The notes beneath the pieces were generated by a model, which searched no databases, had not been told where the DNA came from, and worked only from the letters and a program-made list of their open reading frames with translations. Positions 13,717 to 27,104 of a stretch of 64,000 bases of DNA are shown here, piece by piece (the stretch's first letter is position 1; every line of letters starts with the position of its first letter). Source of the DNA: the human T2T-CHM13v2.0 reference genome, Homo sapiens. The translations under genes and the position numbers were made by a program. The stretch lies in assembly GCF_009914755.1 (NCBI RefSeq), contig NC_060929.1; one strand, written 5' to 3'.

Positions 13717-15526
13717 TCTCTTGTTTCTTGTTTCTTTGCCCATTACTCCAAATAGAATATTTTGCTACTTAGTTCCTCTTTTTGCTTTCCTCTTTATTTT
13801 TCTTACAGACAGCTGTTGCACAAGTACCACGTTTGTTTTAGGAAAAAGACATTTAAAGATAATAATTCACAAAGAATGGATAGCTCTAATCCTGGCTGTT
13901 AGTTTATATGTTATATGTTTGCTTACCATATTTATTCTAAACACCTGTTGTGAAACTAAGTGAAAAAAGGTAAATGAGAAAATGTCTCCACAGACTTTTG
14001 TTTTGCCAGACACAGGCCTACTTACTAAGGCATTTCTAGCTTACATAAGACAAAACCAACAAAAAAACAACAAAAACCTTAATCATATTTTCCCTGATTT
14101 CAGCATTGAAATGAAGTCATTAAAGAGTGCAAAAACTAAAAAGGATCAAACAAAACCCTTCAGTCTCTCAAATTTTCAGTAATGCAATATTCATGATAAG
14201 ACATGAACTAATCTATTCCATGAAATTCAGTGACAATTTAAAAAAGGAAAAATAAAATTTCACACACTAAACTATATTTGCACAATTTTGAAATGGGCTT
14301 ATAGATCCGAGTTTTGCTTATAATATGACTTTGTAAGAATTGAAGCTAATTGAATTTGAGAAGTGTCAGGCACCATTTATAAGCAAAACCAAATGCTATG
14401 AGATTTTCAAGCTCAAATCTGGTTTAAGCTTGAATGAACTCAATTTACAAATTCAGACTTTAAACTTGCAGAGTAAAATGCATATAGGGAGAAAATACGC
14501 TTTCATCAGCAACTAATTTGGAGTTTATATTCCTACATTCTGTTCTATTTTTCCAAATGATGGAAATACTTTTTGACCTTGAAGTGAAGGTTTGAAGGTG
14601 AAGGACGGAAGAAAAGCGACCAAGATGAGTCCGTTTGTCTCCTATCAGTCAGAAAATTTTTCTGAGAAAGCTAATGAGAATATAAAACACTTTAATGTGT
14701 TTCTCTTGAGAATTTATTTAGGCTGAGACTACCAGAATGACTACCTGGTTGTTATCTATCCAGTGTGTAACCAGAAGCTTTCACAATCAGAGATTAAAAT
14801 GGCATAAGCACAATTTAGAGTAGTCTTATCCCTGGTTCGAGATGATTCACTATCCTATAACAGAGACAAGACCCCTGGACATGTGGCCCCAAGGGCAAAT
14901 GCTTAATAATAGTGCAAACCATGAAGATGAAGGGTGAACAAGATGACAGGATTAGCAGGAGCCTGTAGCCTGATAGTAGGAAGCAAGATGACTGGATAAT
15001 GGATCTAAAATCTTGGACACCAATAAGAAGATGACAAAATGATGAAAGAGATCATTAGAGGGACTGAGATGACAGGCTCTTCTGATGACAATGCACAAAG
15101 GAAATATACTGTGTCAGTGAATCTAGAAGCACTGCTGCTATCAACTCTGTGAGCACCATTCACCTAATTGTCAGCTAGGATTGTTTAGTTTTATAAAAGC
15201 CTTGCTGCCTTTGTGCTGTAGGAGTAGGAGAATTAGAATGGTGGTGCTTTATCAGAAGGCTGAGGAACAATACACATATCCCCACAAGCGCAAGAAGAGA
15301 AGAGAATGCCATGAGAGAGGACTGGCTTATTTTTCATTCCAGCAAGATTTCATAGGTTCAGCTCACTTGGTCCTGTTTATTCACCTGTCTCCAAGGATAC
15401 TTAAAAAAAAAAAAACTATTAATGGTTTACTTGATGTATTTTCTCTGTGTTCCCCTCCTATCCCCTTTCTTCACATTCATGTCTTGGACACAATTGGAAA
15501 GAGAAGTTAGAAACTATTTTCCCTTT

Positions 15527-16051
15527 ATAGGCTCTTCTCTGGTGTTCCATTGAGCTCAAGTCTCCAGCCCCGGTCCAGTGTCAGTGCCTACTCAGTGCTT
15601 AACTGGGATCTGTTTTGAGCTCTGTCCCACATCTTCTAAGCCATTGTCTTGCCAAAACTGTGTGATGCATAATACCTGCAGGAATCCACAAAGCTGTTTA
15701 CATATAGGTATGAACTTCCAAATATGTGCAAGTTAACTTGGGGGCAACTCTTAATTAGTTGAGGACTGCAGGATCAGGTGGATAAATTCTTCCCACTTAA
15801 GTCTCTCCTGTGGACAATTTGGAAAGACTTACTGCATGGTTTCTTAAAGGATTGCAAGAACCATCAGTTTCCAGTTGCCCATGGCAGAGATCTACTCAGT
15901 GAATATTTGGATCCTGTTTTTTTCCTTCCTATCATTTTCACAATAGCTACTTTTTAATTTGTATTCCTTTTGATCACTTCTCACGATGAAGTAACCAAGA
16001 AGCAACCCTTTTTCTCAGGGGTTTACTTTATAGAGGGTCAAGACTAAGATA
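15527..16051 (+). mobile_element. LTR16-family (ERVL) solo LTR
   Basis: GGTGGATAAATTCTTCCC, CCAGTTGCCCATGGCAG and terminal TCTCAGGGGTTTACTT..ACTAAGATA. Confidence 0.65.
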
Positions 16052-16092
16052 GTTTTCATTTTATGCTTCCTGGACTGGAACAGTAATCTGAA

Positions 16093-16373
16093 GCTGGTTT
16101 TCTCAAAATGTTATACAGAACACAACTTTCTCAAGATGTTATTATATCGAAAATTTTATTCTGAGAAGAATTTGGAAAGCACTTTATCCTATAGCATACT
16201 AAAGGGTTTGAAAAGTTCCACAGTTAAATTTGCCTATTTAAATTTGTTTAAACAATCATTTCTTCACATTTTTTGACCAACAAAAATTTTAAAAAGCAAT
16301 AATTAGTAATCAGCAGCAACAACATCAACAGCCACAATATAGTATTCCATGAAATGTATCAAAAGAAATGCCG
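16093..16373. mobile_element. hAT-Charlie MITE (MER112-like)
   Basis: TAGCATACTAAAGGGTTTGAAAAGTTCCACAGT..AATTTGTTTAAAC core with degenerate terminal inverted repeats. Confidence 0.5.
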
Positions 16374-16769
16374 TGATGAATTTCTTAGTGTAGTAATTAT
16401 GTATTACTAGGAAGTCTCTGAAATCTTAGATTGTGCTCAGGAAATGCTTGGCTTCCACAAGTTTTCTGATGTTTGGAGCAAATATGTACATTTTCCTATA
16501 GTCTGTCAAGGAAAGCCCAGTTTTAACTATGAAAAACTTTACCTGCATGTGATCTAATATAATCCTGTCTGCCTGCCTGCCTTCCTTCTTTCCCTCCTTT
16601 TATGTTTTTTATTATAAAACTATTGAGGGAGGGGGTAGTGACTGCACAAAATAAATGCAAACAATATCTAACAATGTATCATTAAAAACAAAATGTATCA
16701 AGTAATATGATTTTTAAACAGTATTTATTGCTCCATACATTAGGCAATAATTCTGTTTTTCTTCTGTAG

Positions 16770-17380
16770 CTTTACTTTTTACTATAAAATTTGTAAACAT
16801 TCAAAAATATATATATATACATAAAACACCAATGTACTCATTAGATTTAACAATTGTTAACATTTGGAAACTTTGCTTCATCTATTTTTTGCTAAAGTAA
16901 TTTTATAGTAAATTATAAAACTAATGGCATTCACAATATTTACTTCAGTACTGGAATCACTAATATAAATAAAGACATTATGTTAAATACCACCCAACAC
17001 CTTGATCACATCTAACAATAATTCTCTATTATCATCTAACATCTATTCCATATTCAACCTCTTGATTGGATCAAAACATTGGTTTGTTCAAAATAGAACC
17101 CAGTTAAGGACACTATGTTATATTCATTTTTTATTGCTCCTAAGTTGCTTTAAATTTAAAACAATACCTGCTTTTCATGACTTTTTTGAAGAAGCCTAAC
17201 TGGTAGTCTTATAGAATGTCTTACCTTCTAGGTTTCTCAGATTGGTTCCTCTCATTGCCATTGAATTTGTTCCTTTATCTCCTACATTTTCCTTAAATCA
17301 GAAATTATATGTAAAATATTGATAAATTCAGAATAAATATTTTCAAGAGGAAAGTTTCATAGAAAATGCAGCATTATTTT
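16770..17380 (-). mobile_element. L1MC4/5-like 3' end
   Basis: GATTTAACAATTGTTAACATTTGG, TTTTTGAAGAAGCC..TATAGAATGTC. Confidence 0.7.
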
Positions 17381-18445
17381 ATTTTGACATATTCCCATAT
17401 GAAGAATTATATTTATTGAGCCTATTCTGTAGCAACCTACATCCACTGGTGAAAATCTATCAGGAAACTCATCAAATCTTTCTCACACAGAGCTCCTACT
17501 CATGCTTTCCTAGTTCCCTCAGTAGACATAGGACCCTTTCCAGTTGAGAAGATAGCTTTTACACTTATCCTTTCCCTTTAATCTATATAGTTAGACTGCT
17601 TCTCCACTTGCATGTTTAATAAAATATATTTCTGTACCATTCGTGTGATGAAATTTCATAACTAATGACCCCTTGTTTCTGTTTTCTGAATGCATTTACG
17701 AGGATCTTATTTTCTACCTTTTTTCATTAAAGAATCCAGCACATGGGGTCTGGGATTCTGGAGCCTAAAATATATGCGCCTAGTCAAGTTTAACAGTTTA
17801 GCACCTAATTATTTAATTATATTCATAGTGAGAACGTCAGATTCTCTGCTTACGAGTAGATTCCCTGATAAACCATTTCTTATTCTGTTAACCAATTTCT
17901 GTTGAACAATTCAACATATTCTATATTCTAGCAGAAACTTTCACCTAATTTAATATTTTTTTCTATCATAATTTTTCTTCCTAGAACATTCTCACTTACT
18001 TGTTTTTTACCTATTACATTTATCTTTGAACTCCTTGCACTTTTTATGTTTGTTTAGTGAGTTAGCTACTTTCCTCACAGATATTACAGAAAAAAAAAAG
18101 CTAGTTCTACAATTTTTTCATATGGTTGCTAAATACAAAACCACCACCCACTTCCCCTTCCCAAACCTCATCTCATGCCAACATGGTAGAAATGCTCTTC
18201 CTACTTTTCACTTCCTAATAGTAGTATGTAACTTATTTTTCATTTGAAGGTAACTTATTTAACATATTGTCATCAATACTACGATATTCAGAGTTGAAGT
18301 AAAGATAGTGACTTTTTTCTGCTCACAATTCTTAGAAATACATCTTGCTGGTAAGTCAACATTAAGAAACCCCTCTCAGTAGAGAATCATTTATTTGCAA
18401 TAGAATATAGACATAGTTTCTGTCATCCAGGAACTACTTCTAGCT

Positions 18446-18642
18446 CAGTGGTTACCAAGGTCTCAAAGTGTAGTCCTGAAACCAGTAGCATTAGCATCGC
18501 AGGGGAACCTACCAGAAATGAAAATTCTGGGGCCCCATTCTAGCCCTACTGAATCAGAAACTTTGGGAGCGGGGCTCAATGATCTGTGTTTTTACAAGCC
18601 TTCTGGTCAATTCTGATGTGTGCTAAAGTTTGAGAAATATTA
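18446..18642 (+). mobile_element. MER5A (hAT-Charlie)
   Basis: CAGTGGTT..CCTACTGAATCAGAAACT..CTAAAGTTTGAGAA; TTCTAG on both flanks. Confidence 0.9.
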
Positions 18643-19709
18643 TTCTAGAGTAAGAGATACCATTGTAGTGTAATATTACCAAATAGCAGAAGTTAGATTG
18701 CAAGCAGTCTGTCTCCCTTCATTGTGATGTTGTTGGTCAGTCTAACTTTAAATTGCCTTCAATTGATTCAGACATTCTAAATACAAATCTGGGTGTAATT
18801 CTCTTGCCATTTCCTTGGACTGTGAAAAATGTGAAATGCAAAAAGAGGAAACTGAAGGAGAATAAATATAGTCTTTCCTCAATAAACTGTGAGTGTATTT
18901 CCCTATAAGTCCCTACATACCTGTAAGTTTTGTGATACCTGTTTTGCATTACAGGCTGAAGCAAGACAGAGAATGGTTATTGTGTTCATTCTTTCTTGAA
19001 CTGGAGAAAAAAATGACAGTGACTCATAAAATATCAGAAATTAGAGGTGAAGGAGATCAGACTTCATATATCATCTAGTTTATTCATTGCCAGAACAAGA
19101 TTATTTCTTACAGTGTATTAACTGGTGTTTTGTTGAGCCTAATTTATTTAACTGGTTAACATATTTAGTTTTACATAAAGCAGACCATAGACTCAACCTG
19201 ATATTTTTCTATTTTCAATACATTTTGGTAGGTAGTTACATCTGAAACATTCATAAGCACTCTATCTCATGTGCTTATAGGCATATACTCTCATTCCCTG
19301 TTCACAACCTTAGCCCTACCTGAGTGTTCTTCTCAAATCAAGTTTCTAAAGCTGGACTTCTTGATGTACTCATAAATATTTTTAAAGTATATAGCTTAAG
19401 CAAAACATGCAACTAGAAGAACTAGTAGAATATAAAGCGTGTCAGTGTATCTATGGCACTGAGATAAAACAAAACCAAACTAAAGCAAAAATCACACCAT
19501 TTTTAATGGATTTTGCAGTATCTTGAATTGCTCTGGAAAAACTTCAGGTAGTGACTTGAGTAGTTGGGAAGGCTGTACGTTTAACTTTGTGTAGCAAAAT
19601 TGCTATTCAGTTATCTACATCAGAGTTTATTCATTATTCATTTATTTCACAAATATTTACTGAATAATCAGCATATACCAAAGGGTACGTGTCTTATTAG
19701 CTATGTATA

Positions 19710-19865
19710 TTTACTAGCTGTGTAAATGTAGTTGGCATTTAATATTGCTAGGTGCAATTTTCTCTTCTGGAAAATGATACAAATCTCTAGGAATTATTGA
19801 GAGAATTAAATGACATATTGCATGGGAAAAAAGCTGAGAAGAATTTCAACACATGGTTAGTAAGA
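19710..19865 (+). mobile_element. MIR fragment
   Basis: TTTACTAGCTGTGT..GAGAATTAAATGA..ACACATGGTTAGT. Confidence 0.6.
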
Positions 19866-19874
19866 TTTAGATAT

Positions 19875-19940
19875 CATCACCACCACCACCACCACCACCA
19901 TCATTATCATCATCATCATCATCACCATCATCATCATTAT
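19875..19940. repeat. (CAC)n(CAT)n trinucleotide repeat
   Basis: Read directly. Confidence 0.95.
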
Positions 19941-21117
19941 GTATAAGGAACAGTGGAGCAGAAAATTAAATAAACATCAAGACTATCATTGTTCAATATT
20001 GATAAAGATATTCTTTATAAAGATCTAAGTAATAGTCTGTTCCAAGTGTCCTGTACATCTAACTTGGTGTGTCTTTTTAAAATATGTACACATTGAGTGA
20101 GAATATGTGTGTGCTTATGCACATGCATGAATGCTTGGATGTGTTTTAGAAATACTTAGAATATCTCTCTGATAAATAAAGTTCCAGAGAATCTCTTATT
20201 GAAGCTGGTTTAGTGGGTAACCATGCATTTCTAAAAGCCTTGAGAATAGTGAATTCATTGCCCAAAGACCCACATATCAGAGTAGCATATTCAGTGAATT
20301 TAGAAAGCCTGGCCTGCAATTTAAGTGATACACAAGAAGAATTTTTAAAAAATATTTTTCTACATCTTAGGTAGGTTCAACAAGTAGCTCTTAGAAGTGG
20401 AAAGCACATATGTGACATATATGTGATTTGATTACACATGTCTTTGATCTAAATATATCCACATATATAAGATAAACATATTTTATATGTTTAAATATGA
20501 TTATAGTTTAAATCTTATCTAATCATATTTTTAAATGCAATAATAAAACATTATAAAGATTACTTTTTGGAATGAGAGTTGTAGGATATTTGTGCCTAGT
20601 ATTTTGTATTACAGACATGTCTTATTGGATTATAATCCCCAAGCTTATTTGATGCATCAGTGATCTTTGCCACAGATTTCCAAACTGATAAGATTGGATC
20701 AGACTGTCCCAGATGATCAGCATCCTTACTCAGAAAGGCAATTTGAATATTTCACTTTTAGAAGATTTTCAAATAGTCATGTGATTTGTGGGAGCTTAAT
20801 AATCAATGGACTGTAGATTAACAGTAACTACAAATTCTTACTCTTCCTGTTACTTTTATTGACCTTTATACTCCAGTTTCATTTAAGTTAATTCTTAATT
20901 TTCAGTGTTCACTAGATGGTCTAATATTTCACTTTCTGACTCAAGTTTCTCCCTGCCTTCTGCTTTTTTTTTTCTCTAGGAAATCAAATGTTTACTTTCA
21001 ACACTGCTATCTAGGCTTGAGAAGAACATGAATACAATCTGTTTTAGCTTAGTGATATAAGAAACTAAAGTAGGATGTGAACATAGCTGAATGGAGAGCA
21101 GTGGGTGGTACTTATAA

Positions 21118-21437
<320 letters not shown>

Positions 21438-21544
21438 TGAAGGTACCTATTAATTGGTAAGTTAAATGGAGTCTTTAGATTGCTTTAAACAATTGTTCTT
21501 TAAAATACTCATAAGAGGAGACTAGCTTCAGATTTTAGTGATGG

Positions 21545-22273
21545 CACACTATTGGTGGGAATGTAAATTAGTAGAGTCATTACGGAAAACAGTATGGCAT
21601 TTCCTCAAAAACCTAAAATTAGAACTGTCATAGGATCCAACAACCCCACTGTTCAGTATATATCCAAAAGAAATGAAATCAGCATATTGAAGAAACATCT
21701 GCACTCCCATGTTTATGGCGCGCTATTCACAATAGCCAAGATATGGAATCAACCTAAGTGTCTATGAACAGATGAATGGATCTTTAAAATGTGGTATATA
21801 TACCAAATGGAATAGCATTCAGCCATAAAAAAGAATGAAATCTTGTCATTTACAGCAATATGAATGAGACTGTAGGACATTATGTTAAGTGAAATAAGCC
21901 AGGCACAAAAAGGCAAATATCGCATGTTCTCACTCATATGTGGGAGCTAAAAAAAATTGATCTCATGGAAGTAGAGAATAGAATGATGTTTAGCAGATTG
22001 GGCAGGGTAGTGAGAAGGAGGAATAAAAAGGAGTTGATTAATGTGCAAAAATACAGTTAGAATGAATAAGTATTAGTGTTTGATAGCATAACAGAGTGAT
22101 TATAGTTAAGAATAATTTATTGTATATTTCAAAATAATGAGAAGATTTGGAATGTTTCCAGCACAAATGACAAATGTTTGAGGCAGTGGATACCCCAATT
22201 TGATTTATTACAAATCATTACACATTGTACCCTTGTATCAAAATATCGGTTGTATCCTGTAAATACGTACAAC
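21545..22273 (+). mobile_element. L1MA (MA3-5-like) 3' end
   Basis: ORF2 end GTTCTCACTCATATGTGGGAGCTAAAA and L1MA 3'UTR TTGTATATTTCAAAATAA..TGGATACCCC. Confidence 0.88.
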
Positions 22274-22274
22274 A

Positions 22275-22344
<70 letters not shown>

Positions 22345-22545
22345 GGAAACATATATATAAAACATATGGAAATATATATATATATATTTCAGCACGTTTA
22401 GTAAGATTTAGATATCATCAGCACCACCACCAGCACCATCATCATCACATCATTATTATCTATAAGAAACAGTGGAGCAGAAAATTAAATATGTATATAC
22501 ATTTCATATATATATTTCATATCTATCTATATATATATATATATA
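22275..22545. repeat. (CT)n(AT)n microsatellite containing an inserted copy of 19843-19972
   Basis: Read directly; insert at 22386-22491. Confidence 0.9.
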
Positions 22546-23179
22546 GAAACATTTCAGTGATAGTAAAATATGAGGCTGTTTTGGCTGAGTCCTCTATGAA
22601 TGAGACCAGCACTATGGAATTCTGCAACCACATTTTATGTACTTTGTTTGCAAACTCTCTAATCCAGTCACACTTCATAGCCTTCAATTAGTTTCAACAT
22701 GGCCAGTCATTAAATTTTCGGAACACATCTGGGAGAAAGGAAAAAACACAACTATATCCTGAAGGGATCCCTACCTGTAATATCCTCCCTAGGCTGAAAA
22801 TTGCATAATAACACCAACTTAATATTCATGGGACTTTGTTGCAAAGTGATAACCAAATTTGCATGTTTGTGTGTGTGTGCATAGATATATTAGGATTCAA
22901 AAGTATGATTAAATAGAAGCACAATAAGGAAAACTAAGATATGAAAAATATACATACACATAAACTGTGCAGAATATATTCATGTTTATATGTTTTCTTA
23001 TTCTATTTCAAACTTTCTTCAATTATAGGAATATACAAAAATAGCTAGACTCAAGATTTTACTCTTTTTCAGTATTAATTATAACCTCCAGGTATATATT
23101 TTTATTTAATGTATAAATTTTTATTATCAAGTGATAAAAGAACTAAAGAGAGTTCAAAATTTTAATATAGTATCTCTGT

Positions 23180-23805
23180 TTTTTTGGAGTTAACATTTCA
23201 TTGAAATACAGTATTTACAAGATGCCACAAATCACAATTATACAACTCAAAGATTTTTAATAAAGTGAACATAACCATATAAAGAGCTCCTGAGATAAGA
23301 GATGGAATCTCACGAGTCCCTCCCATGTCCCATGCTGCTCACATGCCTCACACCCCAAAGGTATTCCAGTTCCAGAGGGAGCTACTGTCCTGACTTCCAG
23401 CACTGTGCATCACTTTGTCTCTTTTTGAAGTTCATATACATTGAAGTACTAGCTTGTGCTCTTTTTGCCTGGCTTCTGTTTTTTAACATTATGATTGTGA
23501 GAGTTAACCGAGTTGTTGCTTGTAGTAATGATCTGTTTGTTCAATTTGCTGTTGCTTTTTTCTCTTTTTGCATTTCAACATATGAATGAGTACATCACAA
23601 ATTACTTAGTCTGTTGGTACTAGACTTTGGTTGTTTCCGTTGTTTTGCAATTGTTAATGCCGTTATGAGTATTTTACATGCCTTTTTGTGTACATATACA
23701 TGTACACCACATATCTATCTATGTATACATACATACATACATTCTTATTGGGTATATTCCAAGAGTGAAATTGTTGTGTCATATGATAGACATGTATTGA
23801 GTATG
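23180..23805 (-). mobile_element. L1ME 3' region
   Basis: CTACTGTCCTGACTTCCAGCAC, GCCTGGCTTCTGTTTTTTAACATTATG, TTTGGTTGTTTCC. Confidence 0.75.
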
Positions 23806-24120
23806 ACACATTTCTTACAAATGTCTAGCATATGCACTTTTTTTTTTTTTTTTTTAGTGGAGAAAGCTGTTTTAGGAAGAAAAAAAATCCATGCGATTTT
23901 ATAGAATTTTACTCATATAACTGTGGATTTGTGGTAAATTTCCTCATGGAAAACATAGCTTTTGCCATTGGCTTACCTATCACTGTCTCAGAAAGTAAAT
24001 TGACTTAAAAAACTACATAGTAAATTAAGTATATATTTTCCTATGTGAAAGATTGATAAATGATTCTGACATATAATGCAGTGCCTGATACACAGTAAGC
24101 ATTCACTAAAAGTATGTGCT

Positions 24121-25113
24121 TTGCCAAGGAAGATACACAGATGGCGAATAAGCATGTGAGATGAAGTACACCACCATATATCATCAGGGAATTTCACATT
24201 TAAACAACAATGAGACACCACTGCACACTTAGTAGAATGGCTGGAGTTCAAAACAGTGACAACATTAAATGCTGGCAAGAAGGTGCAGCAGCAGGAACTC
24301 TGATTCATTGCTGATAAGGATGAAAAATGGTGCAGCTACTTTGGAAGACATGTTGGCAGTTTCTTAGAAACTAAATATATTCATATCGTATATTCCAGCA
24401 GTCATGCTCTTTGGTGTTTACTCAAACGAATAGAAAACTTATGTTTATACAAAAACCTAAACATGAATGTTTGTGGCAGGTTTATTAGTAATTGCCAAAA
24501 CTTGGAGACAACCAAGATGTCCTTCAATAGATGAATGAGTAAACAAACTGTGGTATTTTCATACAATGGAATATTATACAATGATTTCAGGAAATAAACT
24601 ATCAGGCTACCTAAAGATATGGGTGAATCTTAAAAAGCATAATGCTAAAGAAAGAAGGCAATCTGAGAACGTACATACTGTATGGTTCTAATCATATTAT
24701 GTTCTGGAAAAGACAAAACTGTGGTAATGGTAAAAGCATCAGTGTCTTCCAGAGGTTCAGTAGAAGTGAAGGAGGGACAAATAGGTGAAGAACAAGAAAC
24801 ATTTAGGGCAGTAAAACTATTCTGTCTGATACAGTAATGATGGATACATGTCATTAAAATTTGCTAAAATTGATAGAACTGCACAACACAAAGAGTGAAC
24901 CCTAATGTAAACTATGGACTTGAGTTTATCATGAGGTATCACTATCAGTTCATCAATTGTGACCAGTGTACCATACCCAATACAAGATGTAACGGTAAGA
25001 AAAGCTGTACGTGGATTCGGAGAGGAAGTATGTGAGAACTCTCCGTACTTGCCAATCAATTTTTCTGTAAACTAAAGTTGCTATAAATAATAAAGTCTAC
25101 TAATTTTTTAAAA
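24121..25113 (+). mobile_element. L1MC1/2 3' end
   Basis: ORF2 C-terminus plus CAAAGAGTGAACCCTAATGTAAACTATGGACT and AATAAAGTCTA terminus. Confidence 0.88.
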
Positions 25114-25294
25114 ACGTGTTCTTGACCACATTTTCCTCAACTCCTAATGTTGTCCATTCAGGTGGAGTATCAAAGTACTGAACTCAGAGCCAGGACAAAG
25201 TAGAAGTAACATTTTTGATTTTTGTATATAACATTGTATTGGTCAGCTATCCCAATAATCCACTTTTAATTGAAGAACACTCGAGTTATTTTAA

Positions 25295-25318
25295 ATATAT
25301 ATATATATATATATATAT
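25295..25318. repeat. (AT)12 microsatellite
   Basis: Read directly. Confidence 0.9.
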
Positions 25319-25879
25319 TTTAAAAGGCAGTAAATATTTGGAGGACATTATTATTAGGGAATTCAACAGATGAAATTATTATGATATTTGAATGAATAAC
25401 AATTATCTTCTGGATCTTAATCTTTTTAAAAGCCCATTTATATGGAAAATGAATCATAATAAGATGTTAAGCCCCAGGGAATATAACAGTTACCTTCTCT
25501 ACACTTTAGAGTGCTTTCTCACACTTTAGTGCTTTCCACCTTGAAAACTTGTCAGAAATGTTCCTCATATTTCAGAGACAGTACATTTAAAAAATTAAAC
25601 TCCATACTCTTCCAAGGTATCAGAAAGGTACATCCTGTTTAAATAGTCTCCCTGATGTATGTTTTTAGACTCTAAGTATATATTTGAATAAAAATCAGAA
25701 TTAACTAATTAATGAAAAGAGAAAACCTTTATAATGAGTCTGATTTTTTAATGCATCTGGCTCTCTATTTTTTCCTGCTCCCATTCTGAAAGAACTAACT
25801 TCCCATCAGTCTATACGTCAAAAACATAGTGTCCCTTTCACCATGTAATCTCAAAAGTGAAGGTTCATTAGTAAAAATC

Positions 25880-26420
25880 AAATAGAGTAGGTTGATGAAA
25901 ATGTGGATGGTAAGGTTTTAGAAACAGGAAGAAAAACATTTTTTAAGTAATTTTGCTCTAGTAAGGAGCTTAGAAGTGGGGCTACTGAAGAGGAATGCAA
26001 TGTCTAAAGAGGACTGTTTTGAGGTCAGATACCTAAGTATGCTGCTGAGACTGATACAGCAGAGACGGAAAATTGGATGGGAGAAATAGGGGGAGTGGTG
26101 GCGAGAAGTCCTTGAGTAGGTGAGAGGGGAGTAGCAGCGTTGGCCTAAAATGTGAGCAGGAACAATTCATCCAGAATAAGAGAATTGCATAGCAACATTT
26201 GCAGGCAAGTGGTTAGAGAAAGTATCAGGAAATTTCATATGTTTTCTAATTGCATCTCTTTTTCTCAGAAAAAAAAAATGGGAAGAGGGGTTAGCAAATA
26301 AGTGATGCTGGTAGAACACTCAGAGCTGGAAATTTGCAAAGAAGGGAAAGGTTAGAAAGTCTGACATAAGCCTGGGACAATAAATTGAGTGACAAAATAC
26401 AGCAAGAAATGTATCCCATT
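25880..26420 (-). mobile_element. L2 internal relic
   Basis: GTCCTTGAGTAGGTGAGAGGGGA and TTCTAATTGCATCTCTTTTTCTCAG, typical of antisense L2. Confidence 0.55.
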
Positions 26421-26517
26421 GTGCATGCTGTTAGATTGCAGAGTATAATCATAGCATTAAATACCTGTTTTTGAATTCTAAGAAATAATATTTTTAAGTC
26501 ATTAATTCTGAGAAATT

Positions 26518-26926
26518 GCTTATACAAATGAACAATGGCCGGAGCATTCATAACAATAGGTCTCTGACCCATGGTTTCTGCAGCAACCAGCCAAGGAAGC
26601 CAAACTACCATTTCTGCAGAATGGTCAGGGCTTGGTCAATGACTACCAGCTTCCAACTCAGAACAAACCAGAGAAAGCCAAATATGCTCCTAGAACCTAT
26701 CACATAAGATTCTCCACCTTAGTGAGCTTGCTTCCAGCATGCCCATTTCAGTAACCTCCAATTGTAGTGTACCTGAAGCCTTCTAATTTTTTCACTATCA
26801 TACTTTCCCATTCCCCTGCCTGCCTTGTAGTCTCCAACAAATGCAAATAATGGTGCTATCCCCATGTTATAATAGGCTCTGAATAAATAATCTGTTCTCA
26901 TTTGTGTGGCCTACATTTTTTCCACA
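26518..26926 (+). mobile_element. ERVL solo LTR, MER54/MER73/MER74 group
   Basis: CTCTGACCCA..CTGCAGCAACCAGCCAAGGAAGCCAAAC..TGGTCAGGGCTTGGTCAATGACT; AATAAA at 26882; CA end. Confidence 0.7.
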
Positions 26927-27104
26927 TTAACTTTGATATTGTGTAAATATTGCCTTTCAAAAAACTATATACAGTATGTGTATCACTTCAGTAGAAAAAA
27001 AGTTAAACTACTTGGTATCCTTTAACAACAAAACTGGTGAGCTTATTGATTGTTTCCATTTTTCAACTACGTAGATCAGAACATAGTGTAGTGACAAGAG
27101 GATG

